Origin: Psammoneis japonica | Taxonomy: Eukaryota | DNA: 64,000 nt | Direction of reading: 5' to 3' | Assembly (NCBI GenBank): GCA_008632985.1 | Contig: QPGO01000009.1 | Span: 372,001-436,000 of the forward strand | Shown here: positions 50,131-61,039 of the stretch, piece after piece | Numbering within the stretch: the stretch's first letter is position 1 | How the letters are laid out: every line of letters begins with the position of its first letter | Translations under genes and position numbers: made by a program | The notes under the pieces: generated by a model | Told to the model about the DNA's origin: nothing | Database searches by the model: none | Seen by the model: the letters and a program-made list of their open reading frames with translations, nothing else

Positions 50131-50365
50131 CTCACTTGCATTGCACAAGGATGGCACAACACAACAGCACAAACAATGCAAGCATCACACATGCAAAGCT
50201 CACAGCAAAGCAAAACTCACACGATTGTGGTTCCATTCTGAAAGTGCAGGAGTTCCATGCAGCTCTCAGTGCAAAAACATGTGGCGGTCTTGTGTGCTGT
50301 GACGATGCGCATGTCCCTGATGCGAGTCCCAACACTGTCACAGGTTGAGTGGGGAATGACCTGGT

Positions 50366-50521
50366 NNNNNNNNNNNNNNNNNNNNNNNNNNNNNNNNNNN
50401 NNNNNNNNNNNNNNNNNNNNNNNNNNNNNNNNNNNNNNNNNNNNNNNNNNNNNNNNNNNNNNNNNNNNNNNNNNNNNNNNNNNNNNNNNNNNNNNNNNNN
50501 NNNNNNNNNNNNNNNNNNNNN
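50366..50521. other. Assembly gap (156 N)
   Basis: Run of N. Confidence 1.
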
Positions 50522-50820
50522 CTGGCATGACAGGAGTGACATTTCTGGTTTTGTCCATTGCAGGTAAAAAACCAGCAATGCGCCATGCCAGCAATGTCCC
50601 AAATTTGCTGGTGCCAACCAACAACCAAATTTTTCAACTCACCAGCAACAGCTGCATTCCTGGCAATCTCATCAGCTGTGTTGTTTTCCTGGTTCTGGAT
50701 TTTGCCTTGATGTGCAGACTGTTGCCATGGGGACAATCCAATGATGCCAGGGCCTGCTCCAGAGATCTTGAGAGAAAGTGAGAAAAGCAAGGTGGGAGAG
50801 ATTTCCGGATCTCTCCACCT

Positions 50821-51199
50821 TGCAACATGCGTTGTCATGTGCGCATTGTGTGTGTGTGTCTGTGCATTGAATAAAAGCACATTTCAATCGCACGTCAATC
50901 GTGGGTTCGTACGAAGTGCAGATCAGTCACACAGAAGTGATTGGATGTCGAGAATCGCAAATGCAATCGTACGATGATGTTGACATCTCATGTGTCAACA
51001 TCAATCGCACCCGGACAATCTGTCATCACGATCACATTCTCCGAAAGGCCTTTTGTCTGTGGGAGCAGTGCAAAAGGTTTAGGCCATTGAGAACCCGTTC
51101 GGAGAAACCCAAAATGATTGCGCAGAAACAATTCTCACAATTTTCACTTTTTGAACTTCACTCTACTTTCGTTTGCACTCGTTCTTCGAGCACAGTGCA
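50821..51199 (+). repeat. G2 5' LTR
   Basis: Gap-free alignment to 55618-55996; TGCA termini. Confidence 0.95.
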
Positions 51200-51235
51200 T
51201 TGTGCATGCACACCACAGAAGGTAACAAGTTCAAG

Positions 51236-52390
51236 ATGAAGCTTTCACCTCATGCAACCAATGCCAAAACTTCGTCAAGGCAGGAGAAAATCGTCCCTCA
51301 ACCGCTGGAATCGAACTCCGAGCCGAAGAGCCTCAAACCGAGCCAGCACCTCAAGATGGAGCAACGTTTTCATCCCGAGAAGAAGGACAGCCGTGCCTGC
51401 ACCATCAATGTTGAGTGCTACAAGAAACAAGGTGTCCCCAAGTTCATCGAATTTCTCAAGAGCTGCGATCAACTTCTGGTGGGCCAGAATGTCAGGAAGC
51501 AATCTGACAAGTTTCGTCTCATGCGCATGTTGCTCCAAGGAGATGCCCTGCGTGCTTTCGAGAATGCGGCAGCGAACCTTGAAGACGAATCTGTGGAAGG
51601 AAGCTTCGAGAAATGCCTGCAACATCTCACGAGGCATGTGTTTCCCAAGAACGCACTTTCGGTGCAGAAACGTTATTTGCGTCGTGATCTCAAGAAGCCG
51701 GAGTCCATGAAAGTGCGCGAAATTGCTGCTTGGGTCCAGGAAGTCAACGAAGACCTCAAGTTCTATCCTCCCTTTGGGAAGGAACAGAAGATCGAGGACG
51801 ACGAGCTCAAGGACATCCTCTTCAACCTTGCACCTCGAAAGTGGCAGCGTCAGTCGACCGTCCAGGGTTTCGAAATTTTGAAACATGCCCATGACGAGCT
51901 GGTTGAGTTCTTGGAGCGCCTGGAGGTCGCAGAAGACATGTTTGATGGCATTCATGCCAAGGCTGATGGCAGCGGCGGCACTGCATCAAAAGCCAAGAGT
52001 GGTTCCCAACGTGGTTCCAAAAATGGTCACCAACATGGTGCCGAAAAATCTCAGTCCGAGAAGTGGTGCATTTCATGCGAGAAATCCACTCACAACACGG
52101 ACAAGTGCTGGTCGATTAAAAGACTTGCAAAAGAACACCGTGGGAACTGTGAACCCGACCCGAAACGGCGCCGTTCAAATGGCAATCGCACGTGGTCTCG
52201 TCGCGATAACGACAACGCCGCTCGCAAAGAAGAGTTGAATGCCATGGCGATCCAAGCAGTTCAAAAAATGCTCAAAGCAAGTTCTTCGAACAATGACAAA
52301 AAACACAAGAGCAAAGATCATGATTCTGATGCCCTTGACGAGGAAAATTGTCAGTTTGAAAAAATGACGTGCAGTGATTCTGAGGAATGA
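51236..52390 (+). CDS. gag: G2 gag with CCHC zinc knuckle
   Basis: LLQGDAL, QKRYLRR, WCISCEKSTHNTDKC. Confidence 0.9.
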   Translation: MKLSPHATNAKTSSRQEKIVPQPLESNSEPKSLKPSQHLKMEQRFHPEKKDSRACTINVECYKKQGVPKFIEFLKSCDQLLVGQNVRKQSDKFRLMRMLLQGDALRAFENAAANLEDESVEGSFEKCLQHLTRHVFPKNALSVQKRYLRRDLKKPESMKVREIAAWVQEVNEDLKFYPPFGKEQKIEDDELKDILFNLAPRKWQRQSTVQGFEILKHAHDELVEFLERLEVAEDMFDGIHAKADGSGGTASKAKSGSQRGSKNGHQHGAEKSQSEKWCISCEKSTHNTDKCWSIKRLAKEHRGNCEPDPKRRRSNGNRTWSRRDNDNAARKEELNAMAIQAVQKMLKASSSNNDKKHKSKDHDSDALDEENCQFEKMTCSDSEE

Positions 52391-55300
52391 CTTGCACCGC
52401 AAGAGGAGTCTTGCGCTCTGCTGGACATCAGGAAGCCCAGAAAAAGGGCCAAAGTAATTCACACTAGTCCAGCAGTCGTCGCCTGCATGAGTGCTTCATC
52501 AGGTGAGGCGAAAAATGAGCCTCTGCGCATTCTCCTCGACAGCGGAACATCGTCAACCATAATTTTGCGCAAATTCACGCGGAAACTCAGAACAAAAGCA
52601 TCCGCCACCAAACTCTGGGAAACCAAAGGAGGGCTCTTCATGACTGACAGTCGATGTAAGATCCAATTCTCCTTGCCCGAATTTGACAAACATAAGATGA
52701 TTGAAACAACGGCACATGTTGACAACTCCCCTTCTTCTTCGAGTCGTCATGATGTGATCATGGGACGCGACTTAATGTCAAGTCTTGGGATGACATTGGA
52801 CTTCTCGAATGAAGAGATTAAATGGGAAGATGCAACTACTCCTGTGAAGAATGTTGACACACTCTTCGATGCCGATGTTTTTAAGTTGATTGCCGATCAC
52901 ATTGAGGAATCTCATGCAGTGATTGGTCTTAATGACAGGGTCAATCGGATCCTTGACTCAGACTGTCACGCTGCAAACCTCAATAATGTGACCGCAGCAG
53001 CCACTCATCTAACTCCTGAAGAGCAGAAGCAGCTGAACTTCCTCTTAAAAAGATTTGAAAACCTTTTCGATGGTTCTCTGGGCAAATGGACCGGGAAGCC
53101 GGTGGATTTAAAGTTGAAATCGGGCGTGAGTCCGCATCATGCCAAACCATTTCCCGCACCACAAGCCTTGGAGGCGACTGCTCGTAAGGAGGTTGAAAGA
53201 CTGTGCAAGTTGAAAGTCTTAAGAAAAACAAATTGTTCTGAATGGGCGGCTCCAACCTTCATTCAACCCAAGAAAAATGGTAGAGTTCGGTTCTTGTCCG
53301 ACTTTCGTGAGCTAAATAAGAGGTTAATTCGCACTCCGTTTCCTCTGCCCAACATTCAGGATGTGCTACAGAAGCTTGAAGGCTTCATGTATGCAACGTC
53401 CCTAGATTTAAACATGGGATGCTGTCACATCGAATTGACGCCGCATGCACGTCGCTTGTGCACGATCGTCATGCCTTGGGGCAAATATGAGCACTGTAGA
53501 CTCCCGATGGGGATCTGTGGAGCTCCAGATATTTTCCAAGAGCACATGAGTGAGCTCATGGCAGGTCTGGAGTTCGTCAGAACTTACATTGACGACACAT
53601 TGTGTCTTGCAAAAAGTGATTTTCAAGACCACCTCAAGAAGCTTGAAACGGTGTTCTTACGCCTAGAACAAGCCGGATTGAAGGTCAACGCCGAGAAGTC
53701 CTTTTTCGCTAAACCTGAAGTAGACTATCTAGGCTTTCATATCACCCGTAAGGGCATCAGTCCGATTCCAAAAAAAGTAGAAGCGATTCACGCGATCGCA
53801 ACTCCTAAAACTCGCAAGGAATTGCGACGCTTTATCGGTATGATCAACTACTATCGAGACATGTGGCCTCGACGATCTCATGTTTTAGCTCCTTTAGCCA
53901 AACTCACTTCTACCCAAGTAAAGTGGCAATGGACCGAAACAGAACAAAAAGCCTTCGAAAATATGAAGCGCATCATCTCCAAAGATATACTATTATCATA
54001 CCCGAATTTTAATATACCCTTTGAGATATATACCGATGCTAGTAATTCTCAATTGGGGGCGGTTATTACTCAGAAAAACCGACCAATTGCCTTCTACAGC
54101 CGCAAGCTGAATGGAGCGCAGACGCGTTATACTACAACGGAAAAAGAGCTATTGTCCATAGTGGAGACGTTAAAAGAGTTCCGAAATATACTGTTTGGCC
54201 AACATATAAATATATATACGGATCACAAAAATCTCACACACAAAAATTTCACAACGGACAGAGTCATGCGTTGGCGTCTAATAATAGAAGAATACAGTCC
54301 CAAAATAATATACCTTGAGGGCAAGGCAAATATTGTCGCAGACGCGATTAGCCGACTTACTATAAAGAAAATAGAACCTATGGAAACCCTCAGCACAGAA
54401 GAGCTAGCTGAAAAGGTCCTACCAAAATCCTACGACAATGTCTTTCCGTTAAATTACAAAGTTCTTGATTATGAACAAAAACGGGATAAAGACATTCTCT
54501 CCCAATTGTCAAATAAGACATTTCATACGAAGACTTTTCGTGGAGGCGAGCGAGACCGGTTGCTCATATGTCATAAGGATAAAATTGTCGTCCCGAGGAC
54601 GTTACAAAAGGCAGTGATAGATTGGTATCATACGTACCTTCTTCACCCTGGCATAAATCGAACAGAAGAAACAATCTCACAACACCTATGGTGGTCCACC
54701 TTACGTGAAGACATACGAAAATACGTGTCGAGATGTGAGACGTGCCAAAAATTCAAAAAGAAACACAAGAAATATGGACATTTACCTCCTAAGTGCGCAG
54801 AATCCGTGCCATGGGAACGACTGTGTGTGGACCTTATTGGGCCATACAAAATACGTCGTAAGGGAAAGAAAAAACCCCTAGTCCTGAAATGTTTAACTAT
54901 GATCGATCCAGCAACCGGATGGTTTGAAGTTGTGGAAATCCCAAATAAGGAGTCCATGACTGTAGCTGGACTGTTAGAACGAACATGGCTGAGCAGATGT
55001 CCTTGGCCATCGTCAATTACATGTGACCGTGGAAGTGAGTTCATCGGACACCAATTTAGAGAAATGGTGCAAGATGATTGTGGCATTGAAGTCAAGCCTG
55101 CAACTGCACGAAATCCACAAGCAAACGCAATTGTTGAACGCGCACATCAAGCACTGGGGAACATGCTCCGTACATTTGATTTGCAACACACACCTCTAGA
55201 TGCTGAGGATCCTTTCGCTGGAACACTGTCAGCAGCAGCGTTTGCGGCACGTTCTGCGCATCATGCCACTGCGCAAGCTGCACCAGGACAACTGGTCTTT

Positions 55301-55591
55301 GACAGAGACATGATGTTTAACGTCCAACATGTCGCGGACTGGAAATTAATTCAGCAGCGAAAACAAGAAATCACAAATAAAAATGACGCTCGAGAGAATG
55401 CTCGACGCACTCCTTGCACGTGCAGAGCAGGAGAAAAGATGCTGCTCGAGAAAGACTCGCAAAAATTAGAACAGCCCCATGTTGGACCGCACGCAATGAC
55501 AACGGTGCATGCCAATGGCACAGCACAGATCAAACGCGGCAACGTTTTTGACACTGTCAACATTCGTCGAATGATGCCGTTTGACGACTGA
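52391..55591 (+). CDS. pol: G2 pol (PR-RT-RNaseH-IN), in frame with gag after a TGA
   Basis: LLDSGTS, WAAPTF, YIDD, YTDAS, TDHKNL, HPG..RT, CETC, VDLIGP, DRGSEF, VERAHQ. Confidence 0.95.
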   Translation, partial: LAPQEESCALLDIRKPRKRAKVIHTSPAVVACMSASSGEAKNEPLRILLDSGTSSTIILRKFTRKLRTKASATKLWETKGGLFMTDSRCKIQFSLPEFDKHKMIETTAHVDNSPSSSSRHDVIMGRDLMSSLGMTLDFSNEEIKWEDATTPVKNVDTLFDADVFKLIADHIEESHAVIGLNDRVNRILDSDCHAANLNNVTAAATHLTPEEQKQLNFLLKRFENLFDGSLGKWTGKPVDLKLKSGVSPHHAKPFPAPQALEATARKEVERLCKLKVLRKTNCSEWAAPTFIQPKKNGRVRFLSDFRELNKRLIRTPFPLPNIQDVLQKLEGFMYATSLDLNMGCCHIELTPHARRLCTIVMPWGKYEHCRLPMGICGAPDIFQEHMSELMAGLEFVRTYIDDTLCLAKSDFQDHLKKLETVFLRLEQAGLKVNAEKSFFAKPEVDYLGFHITRKGISPIPKKVEAIHAIATPKTRKELRRFIGMINYYRDMWPRRSHVLAPLAKLTSTQVKWQWTETEQKAFENMKRIISKDILLSYPNFNIPFEIYTDASNSQLGAVITQKNRPIAFYSRKLNGAQTRYTTTEKELLSIVETLKEFRNILFGQHINIYTDHKNLTHKNFTTDRVMRWRLIIEEYSPKIIYLEGKANIVADAISRLTIKKIEPMETLSTEELAEKVLPKSYDNVFPLNYKVLDYEQKRDKDILSQLSNKTFHTKTFRGGERDRLLICHKDKIVVPRTLQKAVIDWYHTYLLHPGINRTEETISQHLWWSTLREDIRKYVSRCETCQKFKKKHKKYGHLPPKCAESVPWERLCVDLIGPYKIRRKGKKKPLVLKCLTMIDPATGWFEVVEIPNKESMTVAGLLERTWLSRCPWPSSITCDRGSEFIGHQFREMVQDDCGIEVKPATARNPQANAIVERAHQALGNMLRTFDLQHTPLDAEDPFAGTLSAAAFAARSAHHATAQAAPGQLVFDRDMMFNVQHVADWKLIQQRKQEITNKNDARENARRTPCTCRAGEKMLLEKDSQKLEQPHVGPHAMTTVHANGTAQIKRGNVFDTVNIRRMMPFDD

Positions 55592-55606
55592 CTCTAATGT
55601 GCAATC

Positions 55607-55617
55607 AGGGAGGCGAA
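55607..55617 (+). promoter_or_regulatory. G2 polypurine tract (AGGGAGGCGAA)
   Basis: Directly precedes the 3' LTR. Confidence 0.75.
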
Positions 55618-55996
55618 TGCAACATGCGTTGTCATGTGCGCATTGCACATGTGCGTCCATGTGTTAAGTGAAAGCATGTTTCAATCGCACGTCAATCGTG
55701 GGTTCGTACGAAGTGCAGATCAGTCACACAGAAGTGATTGGATGTCGAGAATCGCAAATGCGATCGTGCGATGATGTTGACATCTCATGTGTCAATGTCA
55801 ATCGCATCCGGACAATCTGTCGTCACGATCACATTCTCCGAAAGGCCTTTTGTCTGCAGGAGCAGCACAAAAGGTTTGGGCCATTGAGAACCCGTTCGGA
55901 GAAACCCAAAATGATTGCGCAGAAATGATTCTCACAATTTTCACTTTTTGAACTTCACTCTACTTTCGTTTACACTCGTTCTTCGAGCACAGTGCA
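55618..55996 (+). repeat. G2 3' LTR
   Basis: Matches the 5' LTR; followed by the TSD. Confidence 0.95.
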
Positions 55997-56049
55997 ACCT
56001 GCCCACACTGGGCCCAGTGTGCCTGTCTGTCTTGTCCACATGGGAGTGT

Positions 56050-58100
56050 GCTCCCCAGATCAGATGGCTTGCATGCCGTGAGTGAAGCACCCAACCCACA
56101 GCCTTGGTGATGACATCTGCTGTGGGGTCAATGATGATGCCAGGAATGTGTCAAGTGACAGTTTTCCCTGCCTCCCACCAGTCTTGGATCACAGAATGTG
56201 AGTGTCCCATCAGAAGTTGATGGCTCATCACCTTGATGGCAGACTCATTGTCAATGTAAAGAGGAGCAGGCTCCCCATGCTGTGGAAGAAAGCCAAGTTC
56301 CTTGAGTGCAGAAAGTGCAGAAAAAGAGCCTGGTTTTGGCACCAGCAGTGCTTGCCAATGATTCTGCTTCTGCAGAGCTTGCAGCTGTGGTGAGCTGTGT
56401 CTTGAAATGATGTGCAGCAGTGCCACCAGAGAGAGTGCATGTGCAGCCTGCAGAGTTTGAGCATCATTGCTGGGAAAGGCAGGCAAGCTGGGGTCATCCT
56501 CAAGCCATTCAAAGTTGCAAAGAAGAAGGCCAGGATCACAACGTGGTTTTTTTGTGCACAGCTCCCAGTCTTTGGAACAATGCAGACAATTGGCAACACA
56601 TTTTAACAATGAACAGTGCATGTCAGCTGGAGGCTTGGAAAATTTGGACAATGTTGTGAGAGAGCATCCACCATCTAAATGGCAACAGGTGAGTGAAAAA
56701 ATCAACTCCCTCCTCACCAGAAGACATCAGCGCAAGAACCCATGTTCAGTCTGGAGAGCTGCACATTCCCCAGCAGCTGAAGGAGGTCCAGCAGATGAGA
56801 GATGGGAGCAGCCTCAAAATTTCAGTCTGACTCACCTGGAGATGGTGTGTTCCAACTGTGAGTTTGGAGAACATGCTCAGCCCAAATCCTGCAATTGATG
56901 GCAGTGGAGTCATCATCCCAGATGAAATGCAGTGCACCCACAAAGCCTTGTCAATGTGGCTGCAGCTGGCAATGGCCACAGCCTTGAACAAATGTGCAAG
57001 ACAGAAGGCATCAACCTGTCCCAGGAGAAGTCCCTTCATGTGCCAGAGCAGACAAATTTGTCATGGGCAACAGTGCAAAACAACTGCTTGAATCAGAAAA
57101 AACAGAGCTGGTGTGCTTTTCCCACAACACACCAGCTTCAGAATGTTCTTGGAGCACATGGAGAAAAGGAGGGACAAAAAATTTGTCCAACTTGATGCTG
57201 AGTCATTTCTCATGTCATGTCACATGCGAGTCATCAACAGAATGCACAGGATGTGTCAGTCTGGGAACATGCATGAGCACACTGTGAGCATTGCCAAAGA
57301 AGTTGCAATGGGACATGCCAGCACTCAGTGCAAAGAACAGGCACTGGGTGGATTGGCTCATGCAGGACAAGTGGGTCAACATTCAACTTGCACAAAGCAT
57401 GGAGAGCTGGCACTAATTTCTTTGACCGAACACCACATTGTTGGGGTCAATGCTCACCAGCAGGTTTGACAAGATGCTGCCAATGAGGGTGAGTGAGAAT
57501 GGCATCCTTTGGGTGCAAACCTCTGTGTGCTCAGCAAGCCCAAAGCAAAGCCCTTGCAATTTTGGCATGCAGGAGTGCCAGCTCTTTCACATCTGTCCTT
57601 TCTTTTGGGTTGTGGTGTTGACAATGTGCGAGAGCTTGGGAAACTCCTTTTCCAAGACAAATGGTTGCTCCCCTGGCTCTGGATTGTGCCTTGATGTGAT
57701 TTCAACATGAAAGCAGCAAGCAACCAAATCTTCAAAATGACACCCGTGCCCTCTGCTGCAAACACTGGCAATGATTCCTGTGGCCTTCCTCACTCATCAC
57801 CTGAATGACAAGGGCCCAAATTTCTGCTCACTGGTCCAAAGGTTTGCAGTGCAATGGGCCACTTTTTTGCCACACCACTTCTCATTTAAAGCATCAAGAA
57901 CAATGTTGTCAGACAATCTGCACTGAAAGCTGTGCAGCAGGGGTGGAGGAGAGCTGGGCCTGCTGCCACTGCCTCAGTTGCCAGCCCAAAGCCCCCCATC
58001 TTCACTTCAATGCCTTTTTGCTGTGCTTGTGCGCCTCTCATTGGACAGTGGGGTCCTTTGCCACACATTTGATGCCTTCCAAGCAAAAGCTGTGGCAAGC
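56050..58100 (-). mobile_element. Degenerate Ty1/Copia (CoDi-like) RT / RNase H remnant
   Basis: LLLGQVDAF (RQVDDF-like), ELIF..C.LD....TTLSKFS..P..H..LLK, PLYIDNESA, IQDW, HIPGI..ADVITK..GWVLH.RH C-terminus; right boundary approximate. Confidence 0.8.
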
Positions 58101-61039
58101 ATCATGGCTTGGATTGCCACAAGAGTGATGAGAGGAGGAGCCACATGTGTTGGTCACCACCGCGTGCTTGCTGGAGTTTTCTCAAAAATTGCAAAACCTC
58201 ATTTACGCGCTGCAGCTTGGCAAACAAAGCACTGCAAGCAATTGGAGACGGTGGCACAAAAGCCCTTGGACATGTGCTTTGAAAAATGGCACAATCGAAG
58301 TTTTGAGCGTGTCGCGACACCATTTTGGAGATGACGGGAAGGCGACCCTAGCAGCAGGTGGCGCGAAGCAAAATGTGAAGGTTAATCCTTCCCGTTTGTG
58401 GGATGACATTGGTGAGGAGCTAGTTTCTGAGATTTCAGATTGAAAGGGACCGTGAGCTGTTGCGGCGCATTTTGCTGTTGTTGCGTTGTGATTCCATTCC
58501 CGATGTTATTCGGTCCAGCGTGTTGGAACGGGTTGGCAACAACCCCAACCTCCGTTACCGCGTTATCAAGGCCAGACCAGATATTTTCAATAAATGAACG
58601 TTTTTCTCTTTACATGGCATTTGGAACAGCAGGTTTCGAGGAGTGTGGGATGTACGAACATCGTCACATCCATAGCTTCACTTGGTGTTTGTCATTTTTT
58701 GTAAACAACCTACAACGATTTAGTAAAACAAACCATGATGTATCTTTTTGTTTCTACCAAAGCCCAGTCTTCGTACCGGTACGGCGTAGGTGGTCTCTAG
58801 CAACCATTGGTCTATTCCTTCGTACGAACTATTCTCTCCTCCGACTTGACTCATTTGCGTTGCGTCTTGTTGTAGTCATTCTCGTTTAGTTGAAATACCT
58901 TTGCTCATCCTAAAGCGCAAAGGTACTTGCTTTTCTAGTGAGATGCTAAAATATACTGGGGTAGTTTCAAATAGAGACTACAAGTAGGCAATACAACCTA
59001 CTCAACGTGATCTGGGAAGACCAGGCGTTTACGGCTTGCATGACGCCAATCAACATGGGGCTACGAGAATAAAAAGAGGGTCTTTCGATTTTGTCGTTCT
59101 AATTTGTCGTCATGCCCAGTTTGTGCATACTTCGTTTGTGATCTACCAAAGATCGGTCACACACGAAATCATAACTTTAACATAAAAGCTGAAACAATTG
59201 CCCAAGGCGGATGGGATTTCCCTTGAGCACTGGCAAAAAGACTTCTTGGCCCTTCTGAGTATCGGCAAAGGAAACAAAGAGATTAGCCACCAATTGCATC
59301 ATGAATGCATCGTGCTGAAATCACGCAGGAGAGTCAGGGTGCTTTCGAGCCCGCCTTGTTCAAAGATTTGCTCCACGTAGTGTCGTCGTCGTCGTTTTGC
59401 GCTTCGATAGATCCACTACGAAATAATACGAGACGGTGGCAACAGTGATTGCTCTGTCCTTTTTGTTCTCGCAGAATCAAGCAGATATTGGGGAACACCG
59501 TCACCATCGCATCCATTCAACCGAATCACCTATCGGAGATATAGCACATCGCTACTCACTCTTTGTTGTTTTAGTTGCAACTAAGGAGGTAACTTTGGCA
59601 TTAGCGTTCTCCGTTCCAACGACAAGAATGCCTTGTCTGAACGGAGCGTCACCGAGGCGACACCAGAGCAACAAAACCATGGCTAGACTGTCCGACGGAT
59701 CGCATAGACTCAGCCGGCCATGTTGGATGATCCCACTTTATACTGAGACGAAAGGAGATTTTCTTTACAGTTCAAAAACCAAACGTGGCCCATTCTTGGG
59801 TTCCCCTGGTTCGCCGCGAACCTCCAAATACCAAAAGTTCAAACTTCCATGCCGAATCAGCCTCATATACATTTCCGGATGTATCACCTGGCGAACAAGA
59901 AGAGTTGTAGCCAACGTAACAATCGCCACAATTGCGGGAACTCGTGGATTGGCTGGCAAGATTACAATTGTAGTAGCTGCGGCGGCAGTTAGAGCGGCAA
60001 AGATTCCGAAAGAAACTACGAAAGCCTATAATTATGAGAGAAATATCGTAAAAGAGAAGAAAAGAGAATGAGCGACTTGTAAACAACGAGACGTGCGAGT
60101 ACACACAGTACGTAAGGCACTTGAAGCACACATCATCTTTTGCGGCGAACAATCCAAACAACAACATGCACCCATGCAAGTGACTCGACACTACAACAGC
60201 GGATTTGAATGGTCGTCGTCGTTGTTGTTCTTTGTCAAAATGCTGCGCAAGAAAGAACGCGATTGAGTTTTGAGTTTGGCTCTCATTGTACTGGGGACAC
60301 AAAGGCGCTGCAATTCACTAGCAGTAAGCTTGAACAATTTGTGAAAATGACAGAGATTCGCATCTTCTGTGTGCTGTCGGGGTTTTTAACAACGTTGGTT
60401 GTGCGACAACGGCGTTGGTGTGTTGCTCATGGTGAAATGAATCATAAATACCGGTAACATCGCTCACTTATGTTATCACCGCGGGTCGCGAGCTCGCGCT
60501 TCGCGCCCGCGTCAGCTTGACGTCATCACCAAAATTCCAAAAAATCAAAAATCGCAACATCCGATGATGATTCTCCCGACTTCCGACACACACTTTTTTG
60601 TTCTGCGGGTGTCGGGTGTTACAGTACAGCTGTTCTTGGTGTGATGTTGATGTTCTGTTTCAGAAGAGAAAATACTGTACTGCACTAAAACAGAACTCCT
60701 TTCGTTGCTCTTGTGTTTTATGGGAATCATGTGTTTTTTTGTCGAGTGTGGATGATTGTTGGAACACATGACATCGGGTGGACGCAAGTTGTGCAAACTT
60801 TCGTTTTGTTTGCTGCATCGTCGTTGTACTCCATGACGGGTCAGGACGTCATGTCCGGAACGAAACACCCACCACTTTTCCACTGGTCTCATGATTTGAC
60901 ATTTTGGGACTCACCTCCATGGGCAGCACCTTTCAGTTCGGCGAGGTCGCTCCCCGATGTCATTTGTCCCATTCAAGTGTGAACTGAGAGTTGCAGACCA
61001 GTGCACGTGATGCTTGTGATGGCTCTCATGGGAAAGAGG

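Larger units (their letters stand above)
50821..55996 (+). mobile_element. Full-length Ty3/Gypsy LTR retrotransposon (element G2) with 4-bp TSD ACCT
   Basis: Two 379-bp TG...CA LTRs; ACCT at 50817-50820 and 55997-56000; gag and pol; PPT. Confidence 0.97.

Noticed and set aside
50132..50880. ORFs spanning the N run
   Set aside because: Artefacts of the assembly gap.
51200..51225. tRNA primer-binding site or self-priming sequence
   Set aside because: No TGG start, and the region is too altered by TA conversion to test by eye.
50821..55996. ADAR-type RNA editing fixed by reverse transcription
   Set aside because: Changes occur on both strands, differ between the two LTRs and also affect non-retroelement sequence.
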